Shown in pieces: positions 1-9,506 of a stretch of 64,000 nt of DNA. How positions within the stretch are numbered: position 1 is the first letter of the stretch; each line of letters begins with the position of its first letter. This stretch comes from Omnitrophica WOR_2 bacterium RIFOXYA2_FULL_38_17 (GTDB lineage: Bacteria > Omnitrophota > Gorgyraeia > Zapsychrales > Zapsychraceae): positions 13,514 through 77,513 of the forward strand of contig MHHG01000057.1 in NCBI GenBank assembly GCA_001805965.1, written 5' to 3'. Made by a program: the position numbers and the translations under genes. Below the pieces are notes generated by a model. That model saw only the letters and a list, made by a program, of their open reading frames with translations. It was not told where the DNA came from and did not search any database.

Positions 1-275
1 TGACCATATTTTGTATAATCAATATTTAGCTCTTCCATGCTCTTTTTCATTGCAGGTATAAATCCCCCTGGCGTTTCTGCGAAAAAGGCATCAACCATAT
101 CCTTTTCCACAATAACATTACGACCTTCTTCTCTTATAATACTTTCAGCCTTTTTAGATACTCTGAGCTCTGCAATACCGCGAATGAGATCCGGGATCTC
201 TAAAAGTATTTTTTGAAAATGTTGTTCAGTCGATTCATCCCAACTGATCTTATTCTGAGAATCATGTTCTGACAA
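1..275 (-). CDS. DUF2621-like small protein, 3' end outside window
   Basis: Own translation from TTG at 275 behind GGAGG: MSEHDSQNKISWDESTEQHFQKILLEIPDLIRGIAELRVSKKAE...FFAETPGGFIPAMKKSMEELNIDYTKYG; resembles the W..P..R..A..TP..IDY pattern of DUF2621. Confidence 0.6.
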   Translation of the reverse strand, partial: MSEHDSQNKISWDESTEQHFQKILLEIPDLIRGIAELRVSKKAESIIREEGRNVIVEKDMVDAFFAETPGGFIPAMKKSMEELNIDYTKYG

Positions 276-328
276 ATCATACCTCCACTTTAATATTAAT
301 CAAAGCTTTAACCGTTTACCAAAATCAC

Positions 329-694
329 CTACTTAATCAATTTCCCTACAACTTCTAACAATTCATCTGGGTCAAAAGGTTTTTTAATGTATGCATCGGG
401 CTCAGTAAAATCATGAAAATAATTATTTGCCTCATCATCACGAGATGTTATCAGGATAATAGGTATATTTTTCAAATCATTGTCTTTTTTTAATTTATTG
501 CAAAGCTCAAAACCATTAAGGACAGGCATTATTACATCAGATGTGATGAGGTCTGGCGGGTCACTTTTTATCACATCAAAGGCCTCTCTCCCATCCAAAG
601 CAGGCAAAACCTCATATCCTGCAGACTCAAATGTCAGGACCAGTAAATTTCTAATTTCAGGATCATCATCAACAACTAAGATTCTTTTTGCCAT
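329..694 (-). CDS. Single-domain response regulator (CheY-like receiver)
   Basis: ILVVDDD, PDLITSDVIMP, IILIT, YIKKPF receiver motifs. Confidence 0.93.
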   Translation of the reverse strand: MAKRILVVDDDPEIRNLLVLTFESAGYEVLPALDGREAFDVIKSDPPDLITSDVIMPVLNGFELCNKLKKDNDLKNIPIILITSRDDEANNYFHDFTEPDAYIKKPFDPDELLEVVGKLIK

Positions 695-851
695 ATAAAT
701 CTCTCCTGTTAAATTAAGATATTTTCTTATAAATAACTCCTGCTTTTTCCTCGACAGGCAACAAGCCGTTCTCTTTGTATACTTTCTTTGCGATAATCCC
801 TTCTTGTCCTTTTCTTACTTTCCGCATTAGACATTTTAATATTAATCTTAT

Positions 852-1463
852 CTAAGCAGGATCGTCACATTTAGCAGGAACTTTATCTAGCAAGTCATGT
901 TCACTAATCTCTTTTTTTATTAGGTGTACGCCGCTTTCACTTATACTGCTCACATCCTCGATCGTATAAAAAGCATTTGGATTATATTGTTTAACCATAT
1001 CTACCAACCATGAAATTTCTGAACGTCTAACGATTATATATATAATATCAACCTTTCCGCTGAGGCCTTCTCCTTCTACCCTGGTCACTCCATAACCCTT
1101 ATTCTGTAAATATTCTATCAACCTGGAAGCTTTCTTACGTGTAATTATGCGAAGGATCTGGAACCCGATAGCCAATTTTTCTTCAATGATCATTCCCACA
1201 TACGTTCCCGTAGCAAACCCTCCTGCGAATCCTATATAACACAAAGGGTTCGATAGGTTCATTATGATCTGCCTAAAGGCAAATAACCATATGAGAACTT
1301 GAAAAAAACCGATCAGAGGGGCTATAAATTTCTTGTTCCTGGAAAGAAGCATTATACGCAATGTATCCATTGAAACATCACAGATCCTCGCCAAGAAGAT
1401 AAACATCGGCAACAAAAACCACTGATAAAACATGCTATTGTTATGAAATAACTCCATCATCAA
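852..1463 (-). CDS. UPF0316 / DUF2179 family membrane protein
   Basis: IFLARICDVSMDTLRI, GFAGGFATGTYVG, GYGVT, YNPNAFYTIEDV. Confidence 0.85.
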   Translation of the reverse strand: MMMELFHNNSMFYQWFLLPMFIFLARICDVSMDTLRIMLLSRNKKFIAPLIGFFQVLIWLFAFRQIIMNLSNPLCYIGFAGGFATGTYVGMIIEEKLAIGFQILRIITRKKASRLIEYLQNKGYGVTRVEGEGLSGKVDIIYIIVRRSEISWLVDMVKQYNPNAFYTIEDVSSISESGVHLIKKEISEHDLLDKVPAKCDDPA

Positions 1464-1637
1464 TTATCCTTTGTTAAAACTTAAAAAAACAAACAAAATC
1501 CCTAAATTCTTTTTTTGATTATATCGTGCATTATAAAATCTACTTTTATTATAGTAAGTAAAGGAAGGACAACACTATTTATTTCATCTTTTTTTACTAC
1601 AGGAATTAAAGAGAGCTGCCGGTAATAGCCACTATTC

Positions 1638-3698
1638 TCATTCTACCAGCTTGCCTTTTTTATAGATCCTTTCAGGCAATAATTTTCCGTTTCTATCATA
1701 CTTTTTTACAACTCCATCGAGCTCACCATCCACATAAGTATACTCATACATTAATATCCCATTTTCATAATACTCTTTCACAGTGCTGTTATCAGTGCCT
1801 TCATTATAAAATCCTTCCAGCTTTAAACTTCCGCTCTTATAATATTCCTTACAAAAAGTTTGCTTGTTGCAATAATCCACACAGGTAGTCCCCATGTTTG
1901 CTTCAGCATCAGGACACTCCCAATGTTTTTCACCTGTATCATAAGAATATATGCGAAAACCATCTTTTTCGGTGTAATCTTTTTTCTCATTAAAAGCTAT
2001 TTGCTCATATCTTACCTTTTTAATGAAATAACCAACCTTATACTCGTCGATCCTGACCAATTCTGCGTCTTTTAACCACTCTTTATTTATTTCAGGCAAA
2101 GCAAAGAATTGATCACTTTTATGTTTATAAAAGAACTGCTTTACCCTGCTCCTTAAAATATTCTGATTATACTGCGGGCTGGATATTTGAGAATCATCGA
2201 TATTATCCGGGAAATAAGCCTCCCCTGTCACTTTATTTCTAAGAACATAAAATGCCTGGCTGCTGCCGTTATATGAATAGAACTGAAACTGATTTATATC
2301 TTTTTGCAGGTCAGCATTTAGCTTTAGGTTAACTTTTTTTTCACCAAGAACGATCTTAACCCCTAAACTATTTTCAACAATATCATAAATAACAACCTGT
2401 TCTGGCCCAACCCAAACCTTTGTATCTTCAACTAAAGGAATTATTGATGTTATCCTATATTCGCTCACATTGAACTTTCCCTCTGCGGAATATTCACCTT
2501 TCTTATCTTTAAATTTTTCATAATCTTCTTCCCGTATCTTAAACAGTATATCTGAGCTATTAGATTTGTTATAAGGATTAACTATCTTAGTATCTTTGAG
2601 AATTGCTTTTATGGCATCTATCGAATCATGCTCGTATATAGACCCAAAGCCATAGCCCACAATATCTTCATGCCAGGTTAGGTCCTTACCAACTGCATAT
2701 TTCATGCTTGCATTTTTAAATTTATCTAATACCGCAACCTGTGCCTGGGGAAGGCCTTTTATGTCCTGGATCAGGTAAACATTCTTATATTTTAGTTCCT
2801 GTTTTTTCTTATAAAAATTATAATCTTGCCCTTCTGAGACTGAAACACTTTCTATTTGAGGTTCAATTTCTATTGAACCAGATATATTTAAAAGTTTGGG
2901 CTTTAATGATCCTATGTTAAGTATGTCCCAGCACCAAAACTTATTTATCAAAACAACAAATATAACCCCTAACACAATTAACTTTACTGTTTTTTTAGAA
3001 TTACGGGCTAAAAACTGATTTAATATGATCCATATGCCTATAACACCGTTGAAGACCATTTTAGCGAAAGAAATTGACCATTCTAAAGATACATTATAGG
3101 GATCCGTTTTAATTAAAGTCTTATTTGACAAATACTCAGTTATATGAATATCCCACAAATAAGAGAAAAAAGACTCAACCAATCCAAAGAGGAATAATGA
3201 AACCATGATTATTATCCCAACAAGTGCGAACTTGCTGAATTTTCGAGTCAAAGTCGCCAGAATAAACACCGGAACAATAAAATATAGCTTCTCATAAACT
3301 ATCTGAGGGATTGCCAATAAAATAAATTTAACTGCTACTCCATTGTTGATAAAAACTGCCACTTCAGACAATAAAGGTATTAATATCAAAAAAACAAGAA
3401 TAAATGATATCTTAGAAACAAGCAGTTCTTTTCGAGAAATTGGCCGAGTTAACCAAAATGCAGAATTCCCGACAAGCGCATCAACATGAATGAGCATAGG
3501 AACGATCACAATGATCATTAAATATTGCAATGATGCAATAAAGGAATTAATGTCCGTCAATTGTATCTGCATCTTGTAATTGTCAAGAAAGTAGCTTGTA
3601 TTGTTTAAAAAATAGAATAAAGCTAAAAGAGTCCATACGCCAATTAACCATTTTAATTTTGACAGGTCTTTTCTAAATATATGGGCACACATCTTCAT
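1638..3698 (-). CDS. ABC-2-type permease with large extracytoplasmic domain and C-terminal MORN-variant repeats
   Basis: About 7 TM helices with FWLTRPISRKELLVSK signature; C-terminal EYYKSGSLK / EYYENGILM / KYDRNGKL repeats; follows ABC ATPase. Confidence 0.75.
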   Translation of the reverse strand: MKMCAHIFRKDLSKLKWLIGVWTLLALFYFLNNTSYFLDNYKMQIQLTDINSFIASLQYLMIIVIVPMLIHVDALVGNSAFWLTRPISRKELLVSKISFILVFLILIPLLSEVAVFINNGVAVKFILLAIPQIVYEKLYFIVPVFILATLTRKFSKFALVGIIIMVSLFLFGLVESFFSYLWDIHITEYLSNKTLIKTDPYNVSLEWSISFAKMVFNGVIGIWIILNQFLARNSKKTVKLIVLGVIFVVLINKFWCWDILNIGSLKPKLLNISGSIEIEPQIESVSVSEGQDYNFYKKKQELKYKNVYLIQDIKGLPQAQVAVLDKFKNASMKYAVGKDLTWHEDIVGYGFGSIYEHDSIDAIKAILKDTKIVNPYNKSNSSDILFKIREEDYEKFKDKKGEYSAEGKFNVSEYRITSIIPLVEDTKVWVGPEQVVIYDIVENSLGVKIVLGEKKVNLKLNADLQKDINQFQFYSYNGSSQAFYVLRNKVTGEAYFPDNIDDSQISSPQYNQNILRSRVKQFFYKHKSDQFFALPEINKEWLKDAELVRIDEYKVGYFIKKVRYEQIAFNEKKDYTEKDGFRIYSYDTGEKHWECPDAEANMGTTCVDYCNKQTFCKEYYKSGSLKLEGFYNEGTDNSTVKEYYENGILMYEYTYVDGELDGVVKKYDRNGKLLPERIYKKGKLVE

Positions 3699-3707
3699 TG
3701 TACTCTC

Positions 3708-4616
3708 CTATTTCTTGACCATTCTGTACTGTTTTGCCAGAATAACAAAGATCTCACGCAAAGTCATGCCCGCAGCAGAAACATCCGAATGATCTGGAAA
3801 TATTTTTTTAATTTTTTCTCTTGTTTGCTTGTCCGAATATTGAGAATCAACAAAATTAATAATTCTGTCCTTACACTGCACTGATAGCCATTCTTCAGGA
3901 TAATTTATTTTTTCACTAATAGCCTCTTTTAAAATGATCTCTATCGTGCGAAACCGGTTTTGCAAGGATTCTGTTTCCTCGACCAATCTTTTTTTACCCA
4001 AATGTATAATGCCAACCCAATCTGCCAATCTTTCAACTTCATGAATATCATGGGATGAAATAAAAATAGTCCACTCCTGGTTCTGGGTGATCTCCAACAA
4101 GCCATCAATGAACTCTTCTCTTACCACCGGATCCAGCCCGCTAAAAGGTTCATCCAGGATTAAAAGCTTAGGCCTGAAGGACAATGAAGAGACTAAAGCT
4201 GTCTTCATTTTCATTCCACGTGAGAATGTTTTAATTTTCTGTTTATATGGTATATCGAACTGCGCAAGAAGATCTTTACAGAATTTATCATCCCAAGTTG
4301 AATACATCGGCTTGCAATAATTTATCAATTGTTCGACCGTCATCCATTCAAGCAATTCCTGATTCTCAGAAACATATCCTATTTGAGAGACCTCTTTAGG
4401 GCTTAGCCTTTTAGAATCAACCCCAAAAACCGATATTATCCCCTTAGTTGGAGAAGTTATATCCATCATCATATTTATAGTTGTTGTTTTCCCTGCCCCA
4501 TTAGGCCCCAGAAACGCAAAAATACTTCCTTGGGGAACTTGAAGGTACAGGCCATCTACCGCAACAAGTCTCCCAAATCTCTTAGTTAAATTTTGAATTT
4601 CTATTGCGTAATTCAT
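3708..4616 (-). CDS. ABC transporter ATP-binding protein (YtrB-like)
   Basis: Walker A GPNGAGKTT, signature FSRGM, Walker B LILDEP, SSH. Confidence 0.95.
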   Translation of the reverse strand: MNYAIEIQNLTKRFGRLVAVDGLYLQVPQGSIFAFLGPNGAGKTTTINMMMDITSPTKGIISVFGVDSKRLSPKEVSQIGYVSENQELLEWMTVEQLINYCKPMYSTWDDKFCKDLLAQFDIPYKQKIKTFSRGMKMKTALVSSLSFRPKLLILDEPFSGLDPVVREEFIDGLLEITQNQEWTIFISSHDIHEVERLADWVGIIHLGKKRLVEETESLQNRFRTIEIILKEAISEKINYPEEWLSVQCKDRIINFVDSQYSDKQTREKIKKIFPDHSDVSAAGMTLREIFVILAKQYRMVKK

Positions 4617-4618
4617 TT

Positions 4619-5002
4619 TTACTCCTCATTATCTAAATTCCAATGACTCTTAACAGCGTCAATAACTTCTTTTTTATTTATTAATAGGCGCTTTGCTTCA
4701 ACCACTAATTTTTCAATTTCCGTATCAAGAATCTCCTTGCGCTGCAGATCGGTAGCCTCTTTAAGCTCACTTACAACACTGCCTATTCCAGGCTTAATTA
4801 TAAGCAATTTCTCTCTAACCAGATGCGCAATTACTTTCTGGGCTGTATTTGGATTAATTCTCAGGTCCTTGCTCAGTTCTCTAACCGAGGGAAAAGTGTC
4901 TCCTGGCCTTAACTGTTCTGAGACAATAGCCTTTTTAACCGCATAAATTATTTGTTCATATATAGGCACACCAGATTGGAATTTTATTGAGAAGTTGATC
5001 AT
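4619..5002 (-). CDS. GntR-family (YtrA subfamily) transcriptional regulator
   Basis: PIYEQI...LRPGDTFPSVRELSKDLRINPNT; short C-terminus; upstream of ABC genes. Confidence 0.93.
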   Translation of the reverse strand: MINFSIKFQSGVPIYEQIIYAVKKAIVSEQLRPGDTFPSVRELSKDLRINPNTAQKVIAHLVREKLLIIKPGIGSVVSELKEATDLQRKEILDTEIEKLVVEAKRLLINKKEVIDAVKSHWNLDNEE

Positions 5003-5039
5003 CCCTAAGTTCCTTTATTTACAAGTCAAACACATCCCA

Positions 5040-5074
5040 AGTGTAGTATGCAACATAGTACACCTGAATGTCAA
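5040..5074 (-). promoter_or_regulatory. YtrA-type operator (AGTGTA-N13-TACACc) next to a TTGACA -35 box
   Basis: agtgta gtatgcaacatag tacacc at 5040-5064 matches the YtrA palindrome; TTGACA on minus at 5074-5069. Confidence 0.8.
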
Positions 5075-5101
5075 GATTACCAAGGGACAATATAAAATTG
5101 G

Positions 5102-6406
5102 CTAAGTAAAGTGCACTTCTTTAGGGAGGGGTTTTATGAATTCCTGGCGCAGGCTGTAGGTGTAGGCGCCTTGTGTAGGTATAAGAAGGATATCCCCTTC
5201 TTCTATGCTTTTGCCGAAATATGAATAACCCCATAGATCATGTGGCGTGCAAAGCGACCCGAATACCATACAAGGATTTTCCTTCAAGGCCGGAGAACTA
5301 AGATTTATAACCGGGAAATAATCCATTTCGAAACGTTCCCATCCAATACTGTTCGTTCCGCCATCCGTAATTACAACGTCTTTATCTTTTTTATCGATAA
5401 CCTTAAGAAGTATATGCATCGCTTCATGGCTTAACCACCGACCAGGTTCAATACAAATATCACAATCCAGATATTTAAATATGTATTTTTCAAGCGCCTT
5501 AGAAAGCTTTTTTGAAAATTCTTCGATCGTGATTGAAGGCAAGTACCTGTGATCCATCCCTTCTGTAAGCTGAGGGTCCAGGCATTGTTTCAGTTTTCCC
5601 TCAGGTGTTGACCCGGGCTGCATCCATTCCCCCTGCTGTGGCCAATATCCTCCGCCAATATCCAGAAATTTTATCTTTTTAAGGATGTTCTTATCCATGC
5701 GAGACAGCATTTTCGCTATCCTTGACAGAAAAGCAACCTGCTTGCCAGCGTTAAGGTTCCAGCTTGAATGAAATTGAAGCCCACAAACATCAACGTTTTT
5801 CTTTTTTTTCGCTTCTTCAAAAAACCGGGGGACTTCTTTTAAAGGTATTCCAAATTTGCGCCAAAGGCCGTTCTCTTCGATCATCAGCCTTACTCCGGCA
5901 CGAATGCGGACGCCTGCCTTTGAAGCAACTTCATCCAGACGCGATAACTCGCCGAAACTATCTAACAGGACTGTGACCTTATCCGCCTGTCTTGTGCAGA
6001 GCATATGTTCATCATAAGTCTTTCCAGGCCCGCTGAATATTAACGAATTAGTTCCAAGTGAAAGCGCCTGGTTTAACTCCTTGCCGCTTGAGACATCGAT
6101 CCCGAAGCCTTCTTTAAGAAGTGTCTGTATAATGAACGAACTGTTGTTACTTTTTAATGCATAAAAGAATTTTGCGCTAGGAATCTCTTTAATGAACGCA
6201 TCGCGCATCTGCCTTGCCTTTCTTATCAATGCATTTTCATCAAATACATATAAAGGAGACCCGTTTTCCTCAACAATTGAAAGAAACTTTTTACGCTCGT
6301 TCAAAAATCCTGCAACAAAGCCCTCAAGCATTTCACGGCTCATCAGAGGTGTTTCATTTTTTAATATTTCGCGGGCTCTATCTAGCTGCTGTTTCACGTT
6401 CATCAT
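5102..6406 (-). CDS. PLP-dependent decarboxylase, Orn/DAP/Arg (fold III) family
   Basis: FYALKSN (PLP lysine), DVSSGKEL, FSGPGK, KFG, LDIGGG, EPGR, GSLCTPHD, GAY. Confidence 0.9.
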   Translation of the reverse strand: MMNVKQQLDRAREILKNETPLMSREMLEGFVAGFLNERKKFLSIVEENGSPLYVFDENALIRKARQMRDAFIKEIPSAKFFYALKSNNSSFIIQTLLKEGFGIDVSSGKELNQALSLGTNSLIFSGPGKTYDEHMLCTRQADKVTVLLDSFGELSRLDEVASKAGVRIRAGVRLMIEENGLWRKFGIPLKEVPRFFEEAKKKKNVDVCGLQFHSSWNLNAGKQVAFLSRIAKMLSRMDKNILKKIKFLDIGGGYWPQQGEWMQPGSTPEGKLKQCLDPQLTEGMDHRYLPSITIEEFSKKLSKALEKYIFKYLDCDICIEPGRWLSHEAMHILLKVIDKKDKDVVITDGGTNSIGWERFEMDYFPVINLSSPALKENPCMVFGSLCTPHDLWGYSYFGKSIEEGDILLIPTQGAYTYSLRQEFIKPLPKEVHFT

Positions 6407-7685
6407 TTAATTCCATTTCAAAAATCAATTTTTGAGATATATCTTCGCACTGTTCTTCAAGATCTTGATCCAGGTACGGCCTGAAAAAAACATGTCCCAG
6501 AAGCCTGGATTCATAATCATTTGGTGGCATAACGATCCTATCGCCTTTAGAATGCTTCAAATTGCATCTTATGACCCTTTCATCGCTGAGTATTACCGAA
6601 GGATCAATATCTTTCAATATTCCATTTCTATCTGCCAGCAGATGCAATCCTATGACCTTCTGCCATTTTTCGATCTCAAAAGGATATACCGGCTTACACT
6701 CAGCAAAATCAAGCGCAGCTCCAAAAATATCAAAACCGCTGCTTTCCTTAATAAGAAATGGCAGGCAATCCCCTCCGGGCCTTGGCGTAAGCTCCAAAAT
6801 AAATATCTCACCTTTATAGATCTTAAAGTCAGCCATGGCCATTATTCTTTTTTCATCCAGGCTTTTAACAATATCATAAAGATAAGATCTCAGTTTTTTT
6901 TCAGTTACCCCCTCAGGAAGTTCAGCTGGCAATATATAGGCCGAAACGGTCCCGAAAGTTGCATTTTTATTGATTATCTTCTTTGTAAGACGCAATATAT
7001 TTAACTGGCCATCATCACAAATGAAATCACAGCTATATTCATCACCAGGGATATACTGCTCCATTACAAAGACTTCGTGAGGGTCATTGCTGACTAACAA
7101 GCTGTTTCCGGAATACATCCTGCCTCGCTTATCCTTCATTTTTTCCATGATAATTGAGCAGGCTTCTCGGCAAGATTCCTTGTCTTCGCACTTAAAAACA
7201 AGCTCGCTTCCACTGCCTGTCAGAGGCTTAATAATAGCTGGGCCCTCAAATTTGTCAAAAGAACGGGCAGCCTCTTCTTCATTGCGTATCAGGAAGACTT
7301 CCGGGCATAATATGCCGTCATCCTTGATTATTTTCTTGAAAGTATATTTTGACCGGCAGTTGATCACTGTATCAAGGCTGGGAAAAGAGACCGAAAATAT
7401 TTCAGCAATGACCGCTGTAAGAACCAAGGATTCGCAATCAAAACAAGCAAATCCTGATACAGCAAAATCATATTCATCCATTGCCTTTCTCAGAGACGCT
7501 ACAACAGAATTATGGTCCTCCAGATCAAGAAGGATCTCCATTGAGCTCTCAGGGTGAGAATTCTGCCATTTCGCTCTTTCTTCAAAATCTGTCAGAAAAA
7601 ACACCCTGTCGCCGAACTTTTCAATCAGTATCTCTATATAATCTGCCGTTGTTCCGACAACAACTATTCTGCTTTTACAAGACAC
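6378..7685 (-). CDS. ATP-grasp domain ligase (L-amino acid ligase-like)
   Basis: IIKPLTGSGSELV, MEQYIPGDEYSCD, ILELTPRPGGD; LAL-type C-terminal domain (GDRIVMPP..SRLLGHV). Confidence 0.88.
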   Translation of the reverse strand: MSCKSRIVVVGTTADYIEILIEKFGDRVFFLTDFEERAKWQNSHPESSMEILLDLEDHNSVVASLRKAMDEYDFAVSGFACFDCESLVLTAVIAEIFSVSFPSLDTVINCRSKYTFKKIIKDDGILCPEVFLIRNEEEAARSFDKFEGPAIIKPLTGSGSELVFKCEDKESCREACSIIMEKMKDKRGRMYSGNSLLVSNDPHEVFVMEQYIPGDEYSCDFICDDGQLNILRLTKKIINKNATFGTVSAYILPAELPEGVTEKKLRSYLYDIVKSLDEKRIMAMADFKIYKGEIFILELTPRPGGDCLPFLIKESSGFDIFGAALDFAECKPVYPFEIEKWQKVIGLHLLADRNGILKDIDPSVILSDERVIRCNLKHSKGDRIVMPPNDYESRLLGHVFFRPYLDQDLEEQCEDISQKLIFEMELNDERETAAR

Positions 7686-8614
7686 TTTTTTTCCTCTTCA
7701 ATGTTAGATATTATGTATAAAGGGCGGGCTTCAAGGCGGAATATGCGTTTCCATGAAAAATCTCCACAAAGAAAATCAACCTCTTCATATTGCTTTTCAC
7801 ATGCCTGCCTCATATGATACAGATTTATAACCTTTGCAACCCCAGGAAAATCAGCATTTGTACCCCCTGCAAAAAGAGTATAAACCCCATCACGTAAACA
7901 CCCAACATCAACTGCAGCTATCTCGTTCTCTATAATGACCGTTATTACCTTAAGCCAGCCTTTTTCCTTTACCAATTCCACAAGGTCCCTAAAGCTGTTG
8001 TAAAAACGACTATCGGCAAAATATGACTTATCGCCAAAACGGTCAATATTCATCTTAACAAGGATTTCTATATCCTCTGTTTCATCAAACCTGAATGAAA
8101 GGCTTCGAGCATAAAGGTTTTCAACTTCTTTTTTTATGGATTTTATGGACTTTCTGTTAAAAGTCCCATAATATCCATCCATACTAAACCCGAAGTTTTT
8201 AGGGTGAAAAAGATAACCTATCTCATCAACTTGAGAAATGTCTGACAAAGGTATTGCACCGGGGAGAATATACCGCAATGAATATTTTATGCCCTCATCT
8301 TTCATCCAGGCAAACATACTGTCAAGAACTTCCTTGTCTCGAGCAAAAATCCTGTTCTGCTCAAGCCATGTCTTACCATCCCAGACCTCTCCCGGAAAAT
8401 ATCCATAGCTGTCATTCTCTTCTATCCAGCTTAGCGGAAGAAATCCAACTAACTTTCCATCATCCTCTGCAACTACAAAAAAAAGCCTGCGGTTAAAATG
8501 TCTATTGAAACAAATACGAGCCTCCCAAAGATCAGTCAAGACTTCAGAAGGCATAAAGTGTTCCCATAGACGGCCACAAGCCTCTAGATCAGATTCACTA
8601 TAGATTGTTAGCAT
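7664..8614 (-). CDS. GNAT-fold protein (Acetyltransf_6 / Fem-like)
   Basis: GKLVGFLPL, ENEIAAV, ACEKQYEEVDFLCGDFSWKRIF typical of this GNAT subfamily. Confidence 0.8.
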   Translation of the reverse strand: MLTIYSESDLEACGRLWEHFMPSEVLTDLWEARICFNRHFNRRLFFVVAEDDGKLVGFLPLSWIEENDSYGYFPGEVWDGKTWLEQNRIFARDKEVLDSMFAWMKDEGIKYSLRYILPGAIPLSDISQVDEIGYLFHPKNFGFSMDGYYGTFNRKSIKSIKKEVENLYARSLSFRFDETEDIEILVKMNIDRFGDKSYFADSRFYNSFRDLVELVKEKGWLKVITVIIENEIAAVDVGCLRDGVYTLFAGGTNADFPGVAKVINLYHMRQACEKQYEEVDFLCGDFSWKRIFRLEARPLYIISNIEEEKKCLVKAE

Positions 8615-8615
8615 G

Positions 8616-9041
8616 CTAGTATCGATATTTTACGTTCGTAATGCAACTTTTCCCGCCAAAGAATTTTTTTGAAAACTCTTCTACAATACTAACATCATAC
8701 GGCTTACAGCTGAAAACATCCAGGTAAACTGTTTCTGTCATATTTGCAAAATGTGCGGAAATAAGCGACGTTTCGATCAATTGTACCATCGAAAAACCAG
8801 CCACTCTTTCATCTTCACCGAAATGAACGACTTGTGTTTCCCCAAATCGCTTCATTTCTATAAGGTCACATAGCTTTTTTACGAATTCTTTGATCTTCTC
8901 TTTGTTTCTTATTGTTTGCGGATCACAATCATAAATATCGATACTACTTGCTATACCCCATACTGTCCCTCTTGATGCCTCCTCGAGCATGTCGAATTTT
9001 GATGGTAATGCTTCCAAACAACAACCTTGAGTCTTTGCCAT
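8616..9041 (-). CDS. speD: Pyruvoyl-dependent S-adenosylmethionine decarboxylase family proenzyme (SpeD-like)
   Basis: IDIYDCD, GFSMVQLIETSLISAHF (self-cleavage region), YLDVFSCKPYD. Confidence 0.8.
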   Translation of the reverse strand: MAKTQGCCLEALPSKFDMLEEASRGTVWGIASSIDIYDCDPQTIRNKEKIKEFVKKLCDLIEMKRFGETQVVHFGEDERVAGFSMVQLIETSLISAHFANMTETVYLDVFSCKPYDVSIVEEFSKKFFGGKSCITNVKYRY

Positions 9042-9145
9042 TTTAACTCCTTTTTAAGTAATTTTTAGACTCATAAACTAATTTATCCCAACTTTTTACA
9101 GCTGAACTACAAATACTAACTATCCCGTTTAAAACTTCTATTTAT

Positions 9146-9213
9146 AAAAAAACGTACTTCGAAAGGGTTATCAATCCTTTGGGGGATTGAACAACACAAT
9201 TATTAAAGTACGT
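9146..9213 (-). terminator. Putative attenuator/terminator stem in the speD operon leader
   Basis: ACGTACTT/AAGTACGT outer stem, TCAATCC/GGATTGA inner stem, then U-tract on minus. Confidence 0.45.
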
Positions 9214-9506
9214 CTAACTTTCTTTCCTTGTCAGGTCTAGATTTCATATCTAAACATTGCGATCAGTTTTTTACAACTGATATTTTTCTGGAACTTTCCC
9301 TCCTTTTTTTTATTTACAATTTAATAATAACAATTATTCACCAAATTGCTAATTATTTTTATTTTTTTTTAGTAATATTTTTTTTATGACTCGACGGTGA
9401 TAATTTGTTTTTTGCCCTATTCTATAAAAACCCCGCTTAAAGAAGATAATTATTCTTTTTTAAAAATTAAATGTAACTTATTTCACTTTTTCTTATCATT
9501 TATCTG

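Noticed and set aside
6432-7557. Long plus-strand ORFs (190 and 156 aa); likewise 26710..27234 and 47058..47561
   Set aside because: Antisense shadows of well-supported genes with no recognisable motifs.
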